64,000 bases of DNA from Lingula anatina (lineage: Eukaryota; Animalia; Brachiopoda), in contig JBPQGU010000016.1 of NCBI GenBank assembly GCA_051362555.1, forward strand, positions 4,154,001-4,218,000, read 5' to 3'. The notes under the pieces are model-generated. The model made no database searches, had not been told where the DNA came from, and saw only the letters and a program-made list of their open reading frames with translations. Positions 12,301 through 23,818 of this stretch are shown here, piece after piece. Made by a program: the position numbers and the translations under genes. The number at the start of each line of letters is the position of its first letter. Position 1 is the first letter of the stretch.

Positions 12301-15300
12301 TTTTTGGAAAAATCGGAGACGGGTCGATTTTTGGTAATTTTGATTGATTTTGAACAGTGCCGGCACTGTGAGACTTCTTCAGTTTTGGCCAGGTAGGGAT
12401 GAAAATTTTTTTTCTTCATTATAGTGTCAGGTAGGTGTGTTCGGTCATTTGTAGTAAGAATAAAGTGCTGGAAGAGTGGTGGTGTCAACATTAAGGAAGA
12501 AATAGAGCAAAAACTCTCTCTCCCCCCCCCCCTCTCAGATTCTGTTCTCAGAGCTTATTTTTGGATCATCTTTAAAGCTAAAATTGGGGGCCTTGATGAA
12601 ATGACCCGGGCGCGTTTCCACATTTTTTATGAATGACAGGTGTGGTAGATTGATTTTCCTCACTTTTTGGAAAAATCGGAGACGGGTCGATTTTTGGTGA
12701 TTTTGAGTGATTTTGAACAGTGCCGGCACTGTGAGATTTCTTCAATTTTGGCCAGGTAGGGATGAAAATTTTTTTTCTTCATTATAGTGTCAGGTAGGTG
12801 TGTTCGGTCATTTGTAGTAAGAATAAAGTGCTGGAAGAGTGGTGGTGTCAACATTAAGGAAGAAATAGAGCAAAAACCCTCTCTCCCCCCCCCCTCTCAG
12901 ATTCTGTTCTCAGAGCTTATTTTTGGATCATCTTTAAAGCTAGAATTGGGGGCCTTGATGAAGTGACCCGGGCGCGTTTACACATTTTTTATGAATGACA
13001 GGTGTGGTAGATTGATTTTCGTCACTTTTTGGAAAAATCGGAGACGGGTCGATTTTTGGTGATTTTGAGTGATTTTGAACAGTGCCGGCACTGTGAGATT
13101 TCTTCAATTTTGGCCAGGTAGGGATGAAAATTTTTTTTCTTCATTATAGTGTCAGGTAGGTGTGTTCGGTCATTTGTAGTAAGAATAAAGTGCTGGAAGA
13201 GTGGTGGTGTCAACATTAAGGAAGAAATAGAGCAAAAACTCTCTCTCCCCCCCCCTCTCAGATTCTGTTCTCAGAGCTTATTTTTGGATCATCTTTAAAG
13301 CTAGAATTGGGGGCCTTGATGAAGTTACCCGGGCGCGTTTACACATTTTTTATGAACGACAGGTGTGGTAGATTGATTTTCGTCACTTTTTGGAAAAATC
13401 GGAGACGGGTCGATTTTTGGTAATTTTGATTGATTTTGAACAGTGCCGGCACTGTGAGACTTCTTCAGTTTTGGCCAGGTAGGGATGAAAATTTTTTTTC
13501 TTCATTATAGTGTCAGGTAGGTGTGTTCGGTCATTTGTAGTAAGAATAAAGTGCTGGAAGAGTGGTGGTGTCAACATTAAGGAAGAAATAGAGCAAAAAC
13601 TCTCTCCCCCCCCTCTCAGATTCTGTTCTCAGAGCTTATTTTTGGATCATCTTTAAAGCTAGAATTGGGGGCCTTGATGAAGTTACCCGGGCGCGTTTAC
13701 ACATTTTTTATGAATGACAGGTGTGGTAGATTGATTTTCGTCACTTTTTGGAAAAATCGGAGACGGGTCGATTTTTGGTGATTTTGAGTGATTTTGAACA
13801 GTGCCGGCACTGTGAGATTTCTTCAATTTTGGCCAGGTAGGGATGAAAATTTTTTTTCTTCATTATAGTGTCAGGTAGGTGTGTTCAGTCATTTGTAGTA
13901 AGAATAAAGTGCTGAAAGAGTGGTGGTGTCAACATTAAGGAAGAAATAGAGCAAAAACTCTCTCTCCCCCCCCCCCTCTCAGATTTTGTTCTCAGAGCTT
14001 ATTTTTGGATCATCTTTAAAGCTAGAATTGGGGGCCTTGATGAAGTGACCCGGGCGCGTTTCCACATTTTTTATGAATGACAGGTGAGGTAGATTGATTT
14101 TCGTCACTTTTTGGAAAAATCGGAGACGGGTCGATTTTTGGTGATTTTGAGTGATTTTGAACAGTGCCGGCACTGTGAGATTTCTTCAATTTTGGCCAGG
14201 TAGGGATGAAAATTTTTTTTTCTTCATTATAGTGTCAGGTAGGTGTGTTCGGTCATTTGTAGTAAGAATAAAGTGCTGGAAGAGTGGTGGTGTCAACATT
14301 AAGGAAGAAATAGAGCAAAAACTCTCTCTCCCCCCCCCTCTCAGATTCTGTTCTCAGAGCTTATTTTTGGATCATCTTTAAAGCTAGAATTGGGGGCCTT
14401 GATGAAGTGACCCGGGCGCGTTTACACATTTTTTATGAATGACAGGTGTGGTAGATTGATTTTCGTCACTTTTTGGAAAAATCGGAGAAGGGTCGATTTT
14501 TGGTGATTTTGAGTGATTTTGAACAGTGCCGGCACTGTGAGATTTCTTCAATTTTGGCCAGGTAGGGATGAAAATTTTTTTTCTTCATTATAGTGTCAGG
14601 TAGGTGTGTTCGGTCATTTGTAGTAAGAATAAAGTGCTGGAAGAGTGGTGGTGTCAACATTAAGGAAGAAATAGAGCAAAAACTCTCTCTCCCCCCCCCT
14701 CTCAGATTCTGTTCTCAGAGCTTATTTTTGGATCATCTTTAAAGCTAGAATTGGGGGCCTTGATGAAGTGACCCGGGCGCGTTTACACATTTTTTATGAA
14801 TGACAGGTGTGGTAGATTGATTTTCGTCACTTTTTGGAAAAATCGGAGACGGGTCGATTTTTGGTGATTTTGAGTGATTTTGAACAGTGCCGGCACTGTG
14901 AGATTTCTTCAATTTTGGCCAGGTAGGGATGAAAATTTTTTTTCTTCATTATAGTGTCAGGTAGGTGTGTTCGGTCATTTGTAGTAAGAATAAAGTGCTG
15001 GAAGAGTGGTGGTGTCAACATTAAGGAAGAAATAGAGCAAAAACTCTCTCTCCCCCCCCCCCCTCTCAGATTCTGTTCTCAGAGCTTATTTTTGGATCAT
15101 CTTTAAAGCTAGAATTGGGGGCCTTGATGAAGTGACCCGGGCGCGTTTACACATTTTTTATGAATGACAGGTGTGGTAGATTGATTTTCGTCACTTTTTG
15201 GAAAAATCGGAGACGGGTCGATTTTTGGTGATTTTGAGTGATTTTGAACAGTGCCGGCACTGTGAGATTTCTTCAATTTTGGCCAGGTAGGGATGAAAAT

Positions 15301-18300
15301 TTTTTTTCTTCATTATTGTGTCAGGTAGGTGTGTTCGGTCATTTGTAGTAAGAATAAAGTGCTGGAAGAGTGGTGGTGTCAACATTAAGGAAGAAATAGA
15401 GCAAAAACTCTCTCTCCCCCCCCCCTCTCAGATTCTGTTCTCAGAGCTTATTTTTGGATCATCTTTAAAGCTAGAATTGGGGGCCTTGATGAAGTGACCT
15501 GGGCTCGTTTACACATTTTTTATGAATGACAGGTGTGGTAGATTGATTTTCGTCACTTTTTGGAAAAATCGGAGACGGGTCGATTTTTGGTGATTTTGAG
15601 TGATTTTGAACAGTGCCGGCACTGTGAGATTTCTTCAATTTTGGCCAGGTAGGGATGAAAATTTTTTTTCTTCATTATAGTGTCAGGTAGGTGTGTTCGG
15701 TCATTTGTAGTAAGAATAAAGTGCTGGAAGAGTGGTGGTGTCAACATTAAGGAAGAAATAGAGCAAAAACTCTCTCTCCCCCCCCTCTCAGATTCTGTTC
15801 TCAGAGCTTATTTTTGGATTATCTTTAAAGCTAGAATTGGGGGCCTTGATGAAGTGACCCGGGCGCGTTTACACATTTTTTATGAATGACAGGTGTGGTA
15901 GATTGATTTTTGCACTTTTTGGAAAAATCGGAGACGGGTCGATTTTTGGTGATTTTGAGTGATTTTGAACAGTGCCGGCACTGTGAGATTTCTTCAATTT
16001 TGGCCAGGTAGGGATGAAAATTTTTTTTCTTCATTATAGTGTCAGGTAGGTGTGTTCGGTCATTTGTAGTAAGAATAAAGTGCTGGAAGAGTGGTGGTGT
16101 CAACATTAAGGAAGAAATAGAGCAAAAACTCTCTCTCCCCCCCCATCTCAGATTCTGTTCTCAGAGCTTATTTTTGGATCATCTTTAAAGCTAGAATTGG
16201 GGGCCTTGATGAAGTGACCCGGGCGCGTTTACACATTTTTTATGAATGACAGGTGTGGTAGATTGATTTTCGTCACTTTTTGGAAAAATCGGAGACGGGT
16301 CGATTTTTGGTGATTTTGAGTGATTTTGAACAGTGCCTTCACTGTGAGATTTCTTCAATTTTGGCCAGGTAGGGATGAAAATTTTTTTCTTCATTATAGT
16401 GTCAGGTAGGTGTGTTCGGTCATTTGTAGTAAGAATAAAGTGCTGGAAGAGTGGTGGTGTCAACATTAAGGAAGAAATAGAGCAAAAACTCTCTCTCCCC
16501 CCCCCTCTCAGATTCTGTTCTCAGAGCTTATTTTTGGATCATCTTTAAAGCTAGAATTGGGGGCCTTGATGAAGTGACCTGGGCGCCTTTACACATTTTT
16601 TATGAATGACAGGTGTGGTAGATTGATTTTCGTCACTTTTTGGAAAAATCGGAGACAGGTCGATTTTTGGTGATTTTGAGTGATTTTGAACAGTGCCGGC
16701 ACTGTGAGATTTCTTCAATTTTGGCCAGGTAGGGATGAAAATTTTTTTTCTTCATTATAGTGTCAGGTAGGTGTGTTCGGTCATTTGTAGTAAGAATAAA
16801 GTGCTGGAAGAGTGGTGGTGTCAACATTAAGGAAGAAATAGAGCAAAAACTCTCTCTCCCCCCCCCCCTCTCAGATTCTGTTCTCAGAGCTTATTTTTGG
16901 ATCATCTTTAAAGCTAGAATTGGGGGCCTTGATGAAGTGACCCAGGTGCCTTTACACATTTTTTATGAATGACAGGTGTGGTAGATTGATTTTCGTCACT
17001 TTTTGGAAAAATCGGAGACAGGTCGATTTTTGGTGATTTTGAGTGATTTTGAACAGTGCCGGCACTGTGAGATTTCTTCAATTTTGGCCAGGTAGGGATG
17101 AAAATTTTTTTTCTTCATTATAGTGTCAGGTAGGTGTGTTCGGTCATTTGTAGTAAGAATAATGTGCTGGAAGAGTGGTGGTGTCAACATTAAGGAAGAA
17201 ATAGAGCAAAAACTCTCTCTCCCCCCCCTCTCAGATTCTGTTCTCAGAGCTTATTTTTGGATCATCTTTAAAGCTAGAATTGGGGGCCTTGATGAAGTGA
17301 CCCGGGCGCGTTTACACATTTTTTATGAATGACAGGTGTGGTAGATTGATTTTCGTCACTTTTTGGAAAAATCGGAGACGGGTCGATTTTTGGTGATTTT
17401 GAGTGATTTTGAACAGTGCCGGCACTGTGAGATTTCTTCAATTTTGGCCAGGTAGGGATGAAAATTTTTTTTCTTCATTATAGTGTCAGGTAGGTGTGTT
17501 CGGTCATTTGTAGTAAGAATAAAGTGCTGGAAGAGTGGTGGTGTCAACATTAAGGAAGAAATAGAGCAAAAACTCTCTCTCCCCCCCCCCTCTCAGATTC
17601 TGTTCTCAGAGCTTATTTTTGGATCATCTTTAAAGCTAGAATTGGGGGCCTTGATGAAGTGACCCGGGCGCGTTTACACATTTTTTATGAATGACAGGTG
17701 TGGTAGATTGATTTTCGTCACTTTTTGGAAAAATTGGAGACGGGTCGATTCTTGGTGATTTTGAGTGATTTTGAACAGTGCCGGCACTGTGAGATTTCTT
17801 CAATTTTGGCCAGGTAGGGATGAAAATTTTTTTTCTTCATTATAGTGTCAGGTAGGTGTGTTCGGTCATTTGTAGTAAGAATAAAGTGCTGGAAGAGTGG
17901 TGGTGTCAACATTAAGGAAGAAATAGAGCAAAAACTCTCTCTCCCCCCCCTCTCAGATTCTGTTCTCAGAGCTTATTTTTGGATCATCTTTAAAGCTAGA
18001 ATTGGGGGCCTTGATGAAGTGACCCGGGCGCGTTTCCACATTTTTTATGAATGACAGGTGTGGTAGATTGATTTTCGTCACTTTTTGGAAAAATCGGAGA
18101 CGGGTCGATTTTTGGTGATTTTGAGTGATTTTGAACAGTGCCGGCACTGTGAGATTTCTTCAATTTTGGCCAGGTAGGGATGAAAATTTTTTTTCTTCAT
18201 TATAGTGTCAGGTAGGTGTGTTCGGTCATTTGTAGTAAGAATAAAGTGCTGGAAGAGTGGTGGTGTCAACATTAAGGAAGAAATAGAGCAAAAACTCTCT

Positions 18301-21259
18301 CTCCCCCCCCCCTCTCAGATTCTGTTCTCAGAGATTATTTTTGGATCATCTTTAAAGCTAGAATTGGGGGCCTTGATGAAGTGACCCGGGCGCGTTTACA
18401 CATTTTTTATGAATGACAGGTGTGGTAGATTGATTTTCGTCACTTTTTGGAAAAATTGGAGACGGGTCGATTCTTGGTGATTTTGAGTGATTTTGAACAG
18501 TGCCGGCACTGTGAGATTTCTTCAATTTTGGCCAGGTAGGGATGAAAATTTTTTTTCTTCATTATAGTGTCAGGTAGGTGTGTTCGGTCATTTGTAGTAA
18601 GAATAAAGTGCTGGAAGAGTGGTGGTGTCAACATTAAGGAAGAAATAGAGCAAAAACTCTCTCTCCCCCCCCTCTCAGATTCTGTTCTCAGAGCTTATTT
18701 TTGGATCATCTTTAAAGCTAGAATTGGGGGCCTTGATGAAGTGACCCGGGCGCGTTTCCACATTTTTTATGAATGACAGGTGTGGTAGATTGATTTTCGT
18801 CACTTTTTGGAAAAATCGGAGACGGGTCGATTTTTGGTGATTTTGAGTGATTTTGAACAGTGCCGGCACTGTGAGATTTCTTCAATTTTGGCCAGGTAGG
18901 GATGAAAATTTTTTTTCTTCATTATAGTGTCAGGTAGGTGTGTTCGGTCATTTGTAGTAAGAATAAAGTGCTGGAAGAGTGGTGGTGTCAACATTAAGGA
19001 AGAAATAGAGCAAAAACTCTCTCTCCCCCCCCCTCTCAGATTCTGTTCTCAGATCTTATTTTTGGATCATCTTTAAAGCTAGAATTGGGGGCCTTGATGA
19101 AGTGACCCGGGCGCGTTTACACATTTTTTATGAATGACAGGTGTGGTAGATTGATTTTCGTCACTTTTTGGAAAAATCGGAGACGGGTCGATTTTTGGTG
19201 ATTTTGAGTGATTTTGAACAGTGCCGGCACTGTGAGATTTCTTCAATTTTGGCCAGGTAGGGATGAAAATTTTTTTTCTTCATTATAGTGTCAGGTAGGT
19301 GTGTTCGGTCATTTGTAGTAAGAATAAAGTGCTGGAAGAGTGGTGGTGTCAACATTAAGCAAGAAATAGAGCAAAAACTCTCTCTCCCCCCCCCTCTCAG
19401 ATTCTGTTCTCAGAGCTTATTTTTGGATCATCTTTAAAGCTAGAATTGGGGGCCTTGATGAAGTGACCCGGGCGCGTTTCCACATTTTTTATGAATGTCA
19501 GGTGTGGTAGATTGATTTTCGTCACTTTTTGGAAAAATCGGAGACGGGTCGATTTTTGGTGATTTTGAGTGATTTTGAACAGTGCCGGCACTGTGAGATT
19601 TCTTCAATTTTGGCCAGGTAGGGATGAAAATTTTTTTTCTTCATTATAGTGTCAAGTAGGTGTGTTCGGTCATTTGTAGTAAGAATAAAGTGCTGGAAGA
19701 GTGGTGGTGTCAACATTAAGGAAGAAATAGAGCAAAAACTCTGTCTCTCCCCCCCCCCCCCTCTCAGATTCTGTTCTCAGAGCTTATTTTTGGATCATCT
19801 TTAAAGCTAGAATTGGGGGCCTTGATGAAGTGACCCGGGCGCGTTTCCACATTTTTTATGAATGACAGGTGTGGTAGATTGATTTTCGTCACTTTTTGGA
19901 AAAATCGGAGACGGGTCGATTTTTGGTGATTTTGAGTGATTTTGAACAGTGCCGGCACTGTGAGATTTCTTCAATTTTGGCCAGGTAGGGATGAAAATTT
20001 TTTTTCTTCATTATAGTGTCAGGTAGGTGTGTTCGGTCATTTGTAGTAAGAATAAAGTGCTGGAAGAGTGGTGGTGTCAACATTAAGGAAGAAATAGAGC
20101 AAAAACTCTCTCTCCCCCCCCCCTCTCAGATTCTGTTCTCAGAGCTTATTTTTGGATCATCTTTAAAGCTAGAATTGGGGGCCTTGATGAAGTGACCCGG
20201 GCGTGTTTACACATTTTTTATGAATGACAGGTGTGGTAGATTGATTTTCGTCACTTTTTGGAAAAATCGGAGACGGGTCGATTTTTGGTGATTTTGAGTG
20301 ATTTTGAACAGTGCCGGCACTGTGAGATTTCTGCAATTTTGGCCAGGTAGGGATGAAAATTTTTTTTCTTCATTATAGTGTCAGGTAGGTGTGTTCAGTC
20401 ATTTGTAGTAAGAATAAAGTGCTGGAAGAGTGGTGGTGTCAACATTAAGGAAGAAATAGAGCAAAAACTCTCTCTCCCCCCCCCCTCTCAGATTCTGTTC
20501 TCAGAGCTTATTTTTGGATCATCTTTAAAGCTAGAATTGGGGGCCTTGATGAAGTGACCCGGGCGCGTTTACACATTTTTTATGAATGACAGGTGTGGTA
20601 GATTGATTTTCGTCACTTTTTGGAAAAATCGGAGACGGGTCGATTTTTGGTGATTTTGAGTGATTTTGAACAGTGCCGGCACTGTGAGATTTCTTCAATT
20701 TTGGCCAGTTAGGGATGAAAATTTTTTTTCTTCATTATAGTGTCAGGTAGGTGTGTTCGGTCATTTGTAGTAAGAATAAAGTGCTGGAAGAGTGGTGGTG
20801 TCAACATTAAGGAAGAAATAGAGCAAAAACTCTCTCTCCCCCCCCTCTCAGATTCTGTTCTCAGAGCTTATTTTTGGATCATCTTTAAAGCTAGAATTGG
20901 GGGCCTTGATGAAGTGACCCGGGCGCGTTTACACATTTTTTATGAATGACAGGTGTGGTAGATTGATTTTCGTCACTTTTTGGAAAAATCGGAGACGGGT
21001 CGATTTTTGGTGATTTTGAGTGATTTTGAACAGTGCCGGCACTGTGAGATTTCTTCAATTTTGGCCAGGTAGGGATGAAAATTTTTTTTCTTCATTATAG
21101 TGTCAGGTAGGTGTGTTCGGTCATTTGTAGTAAGAATAAAGTGCTGGAAGAGTGGTGGTGTCAACATTAAGGAAGAAATAGAGCAAAAACTCTCTCTCCC
21201 CCCCCCCTCTCAGATTCTGTTCTCAGAGCTTATTTTTGGATCATCTTTAAAGCTAGAAT
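3310..21259 (-). repeat. Tandem satellite, subfamily B, ~360-365-bp monomer, inverted relative to A, about 50 copies left of the transposon
   Basis: Its reverse complement aligns end to end with monomer A, with about 45 differences by manual count (~88% identity). The period is mostly 359-367 bp and varies mainly through poly-C and poly-T tract length. Confidence 0.98.
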
Positions 21260-21270
21260 AAGGTCGCGCG
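21260..21270 (+). repeat. Left terminal inverted repeat (11 bp), preceded by TSD AT at 21258-21259
   Basis: AAGGTCGCGCG is the exact reverse complement of 23808-23818. Confidence 0.95.
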
Positions 21271-22556
21271 ACAAGGTTATTTTCAGTTGCACTCTGGATT
21301 ACGCACGCTTGCTCCGCAAGGTGTCGCCTGTGGAGGGGGGGGCAGCACAGCCCATGTGGTTACTGTGACGAAGGTGACAAGTACTTCCAAACATTTTTCA
21401 TAACTGTCATTATTCCTCATTCTATTCACAAATTTGATATTTACGGCAATGGAAAATGTGGCACTGGCAAAAGTGGGTCTAGGTGCGTTGACGGGCCGCA
21501 CAGGTGTCCCCAACATTAACCGCTGCCAGAGAATCCCGAAGCATTAAACTACACAACCTGTAGATATTGGAAATTTGGCCAAAGTTAAGCAAATGAGGCT
21601 TTATTATATTTGGGTAGAAATAGAGAGGAATGTCCAGTGACATGCCAAACCCCTAAGTTTAAGTCTTGGCCTTTGACACCTGTAACGCACCCCTTAGTCA
21701 AGAATCTGAACAAATCAACGTTGGGCAGGTATGCTTTGTTTTTACCGGCGTTTTTGTGATTTTATCAACTTGATTGTCCAGTGCCAGACCTTTTGTTCCC
21801 AGGTACAAGTAGCAAACTTTATCAGATAACAATCTGACACTAAGCATGCTGTACTAACAGCGCCGTAAACCCAGTTATCAATGCTGTCATCTTTACCTGT
21901 ATCTCTACCGGTATTATACCAGTGGTACGTCCGATATATATCAGTAAGGAAATATGCTGTGATGCTTATATTTATTTGTAATACGTTAGCATCAACCCGT
22001 TCATAAAAACTTGGAACCTTTCAGTATTATTACACAATAACATCACGGGAGTTGTTATGATTAAATGCTTAGAAGAAATAATAAAAACAGATTACGTAAG
22101 ATAAAAAAATGAATTAATTTTATTTGAGTAATTTTTTTCAAACCAATTAATTATCAAACATGAATATTATTTTCAGAAACATCAACATATATTACTGCAT
22201 TATAAATCTGCTGGTACACAGATCTACAGTTCTAAAATGCAAATACCAAGTACCTTTCACACACAAATGATGAGATGTAAATAATCATATGTATAAAGTA
22301 GTAAAAATATCACAAAATGTGTGTAGGCAAGATATTTCTACAAGTAACCTCATTAATCAGTCAGGAAACTTCATAATGCCCTCAATAAATGTAGAAATTT
22401 GAGCAAGAGAAATTCTACATACAGGCATGACAGATTTACCATATATTGCCACCAACCTTAAACTGAATGGGCATTTTAAAGAACAAAGTGAGTTAAAAAT
22501 GAATAAGAAATAAAAAAACAGATACTGTCATTCTTAATACTGAAAGACAATGGCAC

Positions 22557-23712
22557 CTTGCAGCCTTCATTTGCCTCACTATTTGCACACAATGTTCTAG
22601 TCACTGTCACTGTGTACTTTTGATGAGGCATAGATGCAAGGATAACTCCTTTGAATTATATTGTGGAGGTCTTTTTTGTCATAAATCTGCCACATATAAC
22701 CTGAATGTACATATTGCAATTCACACCGCAGCGGCTTGTCTTAGTAAGGACTCAACCAGTTGAAAACTTGTGGCACAGTTTCAGGGACAGGATCACACCA
22801 ACTACCCTTGCAGTGATGATGGATCTACTAGTACATTATCTATGTCTTAATTGTCCTCCTAGTTTCTCTTATACTATTTCCCCTGATCTATGCTCACATC
22901 AATCTCTACAGCTTTACCAACTTCTACGCAGTTTTTGCATCTGAAAGTATAAAGCAAAAATGTAATAAAGCACTATCAATTTACTTGTTATATATCGATT
23001 TGAGGGCGAGAGAAAAAAGGCAGAAACCGCATATCATAATCAATATAATTGAAATTCAAATATGTATAATCAAATAGCTTTAATTGCACATACTAGTGAT
23101 GATTTAATCTTTTAAAATTCAGCATGAACTCTTGTTAAAGCATGGCCACTTTATCAAAATGTGCTTGAACAATTAATAATAATGATAATAATAATAACCT
23201 GCACACATGAAGTGATGGTCAACTGCCACAAAAATGAGTTGATATGTACTTGGTAGCCTGAGAAATAAAATCAGGTATTAATTTGAGCAGCAATAATACC
23301 ACAGAGTTATCAACGACACAAGCATATGATGTGTTGCAAAATTTCATGCATAACTTGCTGTGGCCGTGTCCTCCTCAAACTATCGTGTACATCAGCTTTT
23401 GATTTCCAATGTCATCAAAATGTTACATTGTTGTTAGTAAGATCTATGTATCTGCTATCCAAATAGTATCGTTTGGAAAATAACTAAATAATTTAATTAT
23501 GCTTTTTGCAACACGAAATTATCATTAACTTTGCCGGTTCACGTGTACACAGTACCTTGCTATCAATGCTGCTCTTTTTTCCTCAACTCGCCACTGACAG
23601 GCTAACCACATCGTTCCAAAACAAAGTTGGCATGATCATTTACTTTTGATGTTGGCAGTTTCGCCCCGGGAACATCGTCTTCGGTTAAAAACAACGTATC
23701 GTATTCACCCAT
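22557..23712 (-). pseudogene. Decayed spliced transposon gene: N-terminal part of a SAP-like / SWIM-type / YqaJ-exonuclease accessory protein as in ISL2EU; exons ~23712-23556 and ~22940-22557
   Basis: Manual translation. ATG at 23712 (context AAAGATGG) gives MGEYDTLFLTEDDVPGAKLPTSKVNDHANFVLER, then after a 2-nt frameshift WLACQWRVEEKRAALIAR. Donor AG|GT is at 23556/23555 and acceptor TTTATACTTTCAG| ends at 22941, with matching phase. Exon 2 gives CKNCVEVGKAVEIDVSIDQGK*Y, and further frameshifted pieces give WCDPVPETVPQVFN, VESL, DKPLRCELQYVHSGYMWQIYD and FKGVILASMPHQKYTVTVT. The family call is from recalled motifs, not a database search. Confidence 0.72.
23175..23197. repeat. Short imperfect (AAT)n microsatellite inside the predicted intron
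   Basis: AATAATAATGATAATAATAATAA. Confidence 0.8.
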
Positions 23713-23807
23713 CTTTGCATTGCTCCTGTACAAAATGTCCGCTTGCTGCCCCCCAAGGGAAAAATCGTAGCACGTGGGTAGTTACGCAAGACCTGTGACG
23801 TATAACG

Positions 23808-23818
23808 CGCGCGACCTT
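23808..23818 (-). repeat. Right terminal inverted repeat (11 bp), followed by TSD AT at 23819-23820
   Basis: CGCGCGACCTT; the satellite resumes in register as AT-TGGGGGCCTTG. Confidence 0.95.

Larger units (their letters stand above)
21260..23818. mobile_element. 2559-bp non-autonomous TIR DNA transposon, probably ISL2EU (PHIS / PIF-Harbinger-related) type, inserted in a satellite monomer
   Basis: Unique sequence bounded by perfect 11-bp TIRs AAGGTCGCGCG / CGCGCGACCTT. The empty site in neighbouring monomers is GCTAGA-AT-TGGGGG and the filled site is GCTAGA-AT-[element]-AT-TGGGGG, giving a 2-bp AT TSD. RR..YY termini with an AT TSD match ISL2EU from established knowledge. A decayed gene resembling the ISL2EU accessory ORF lies inside. 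Confidence 0.88.

Noticed and set aside
21283-21516. 77-aa minus-strand ORF in the left part of the element
   Set aside because: Non-ATG start, no recognisable motif, and it runs out toward the terminus; probably chance.
21350-22130. Possible plus-strand transposase remnant converging on the AT-rich zone with opposing AATAAA/TTTATT signals (~22080-22125)
   Set aside because: This layout would fit ISL2EU, but I could not reconstruct convincing THAP or DDE motifs by eye. It needs a frameshift-aware homology search.
22705-22944. 79-aa plus-strand ORF in the element
   Set aside because: It is antisense to the better-supported minus-strand exon 2 relic.
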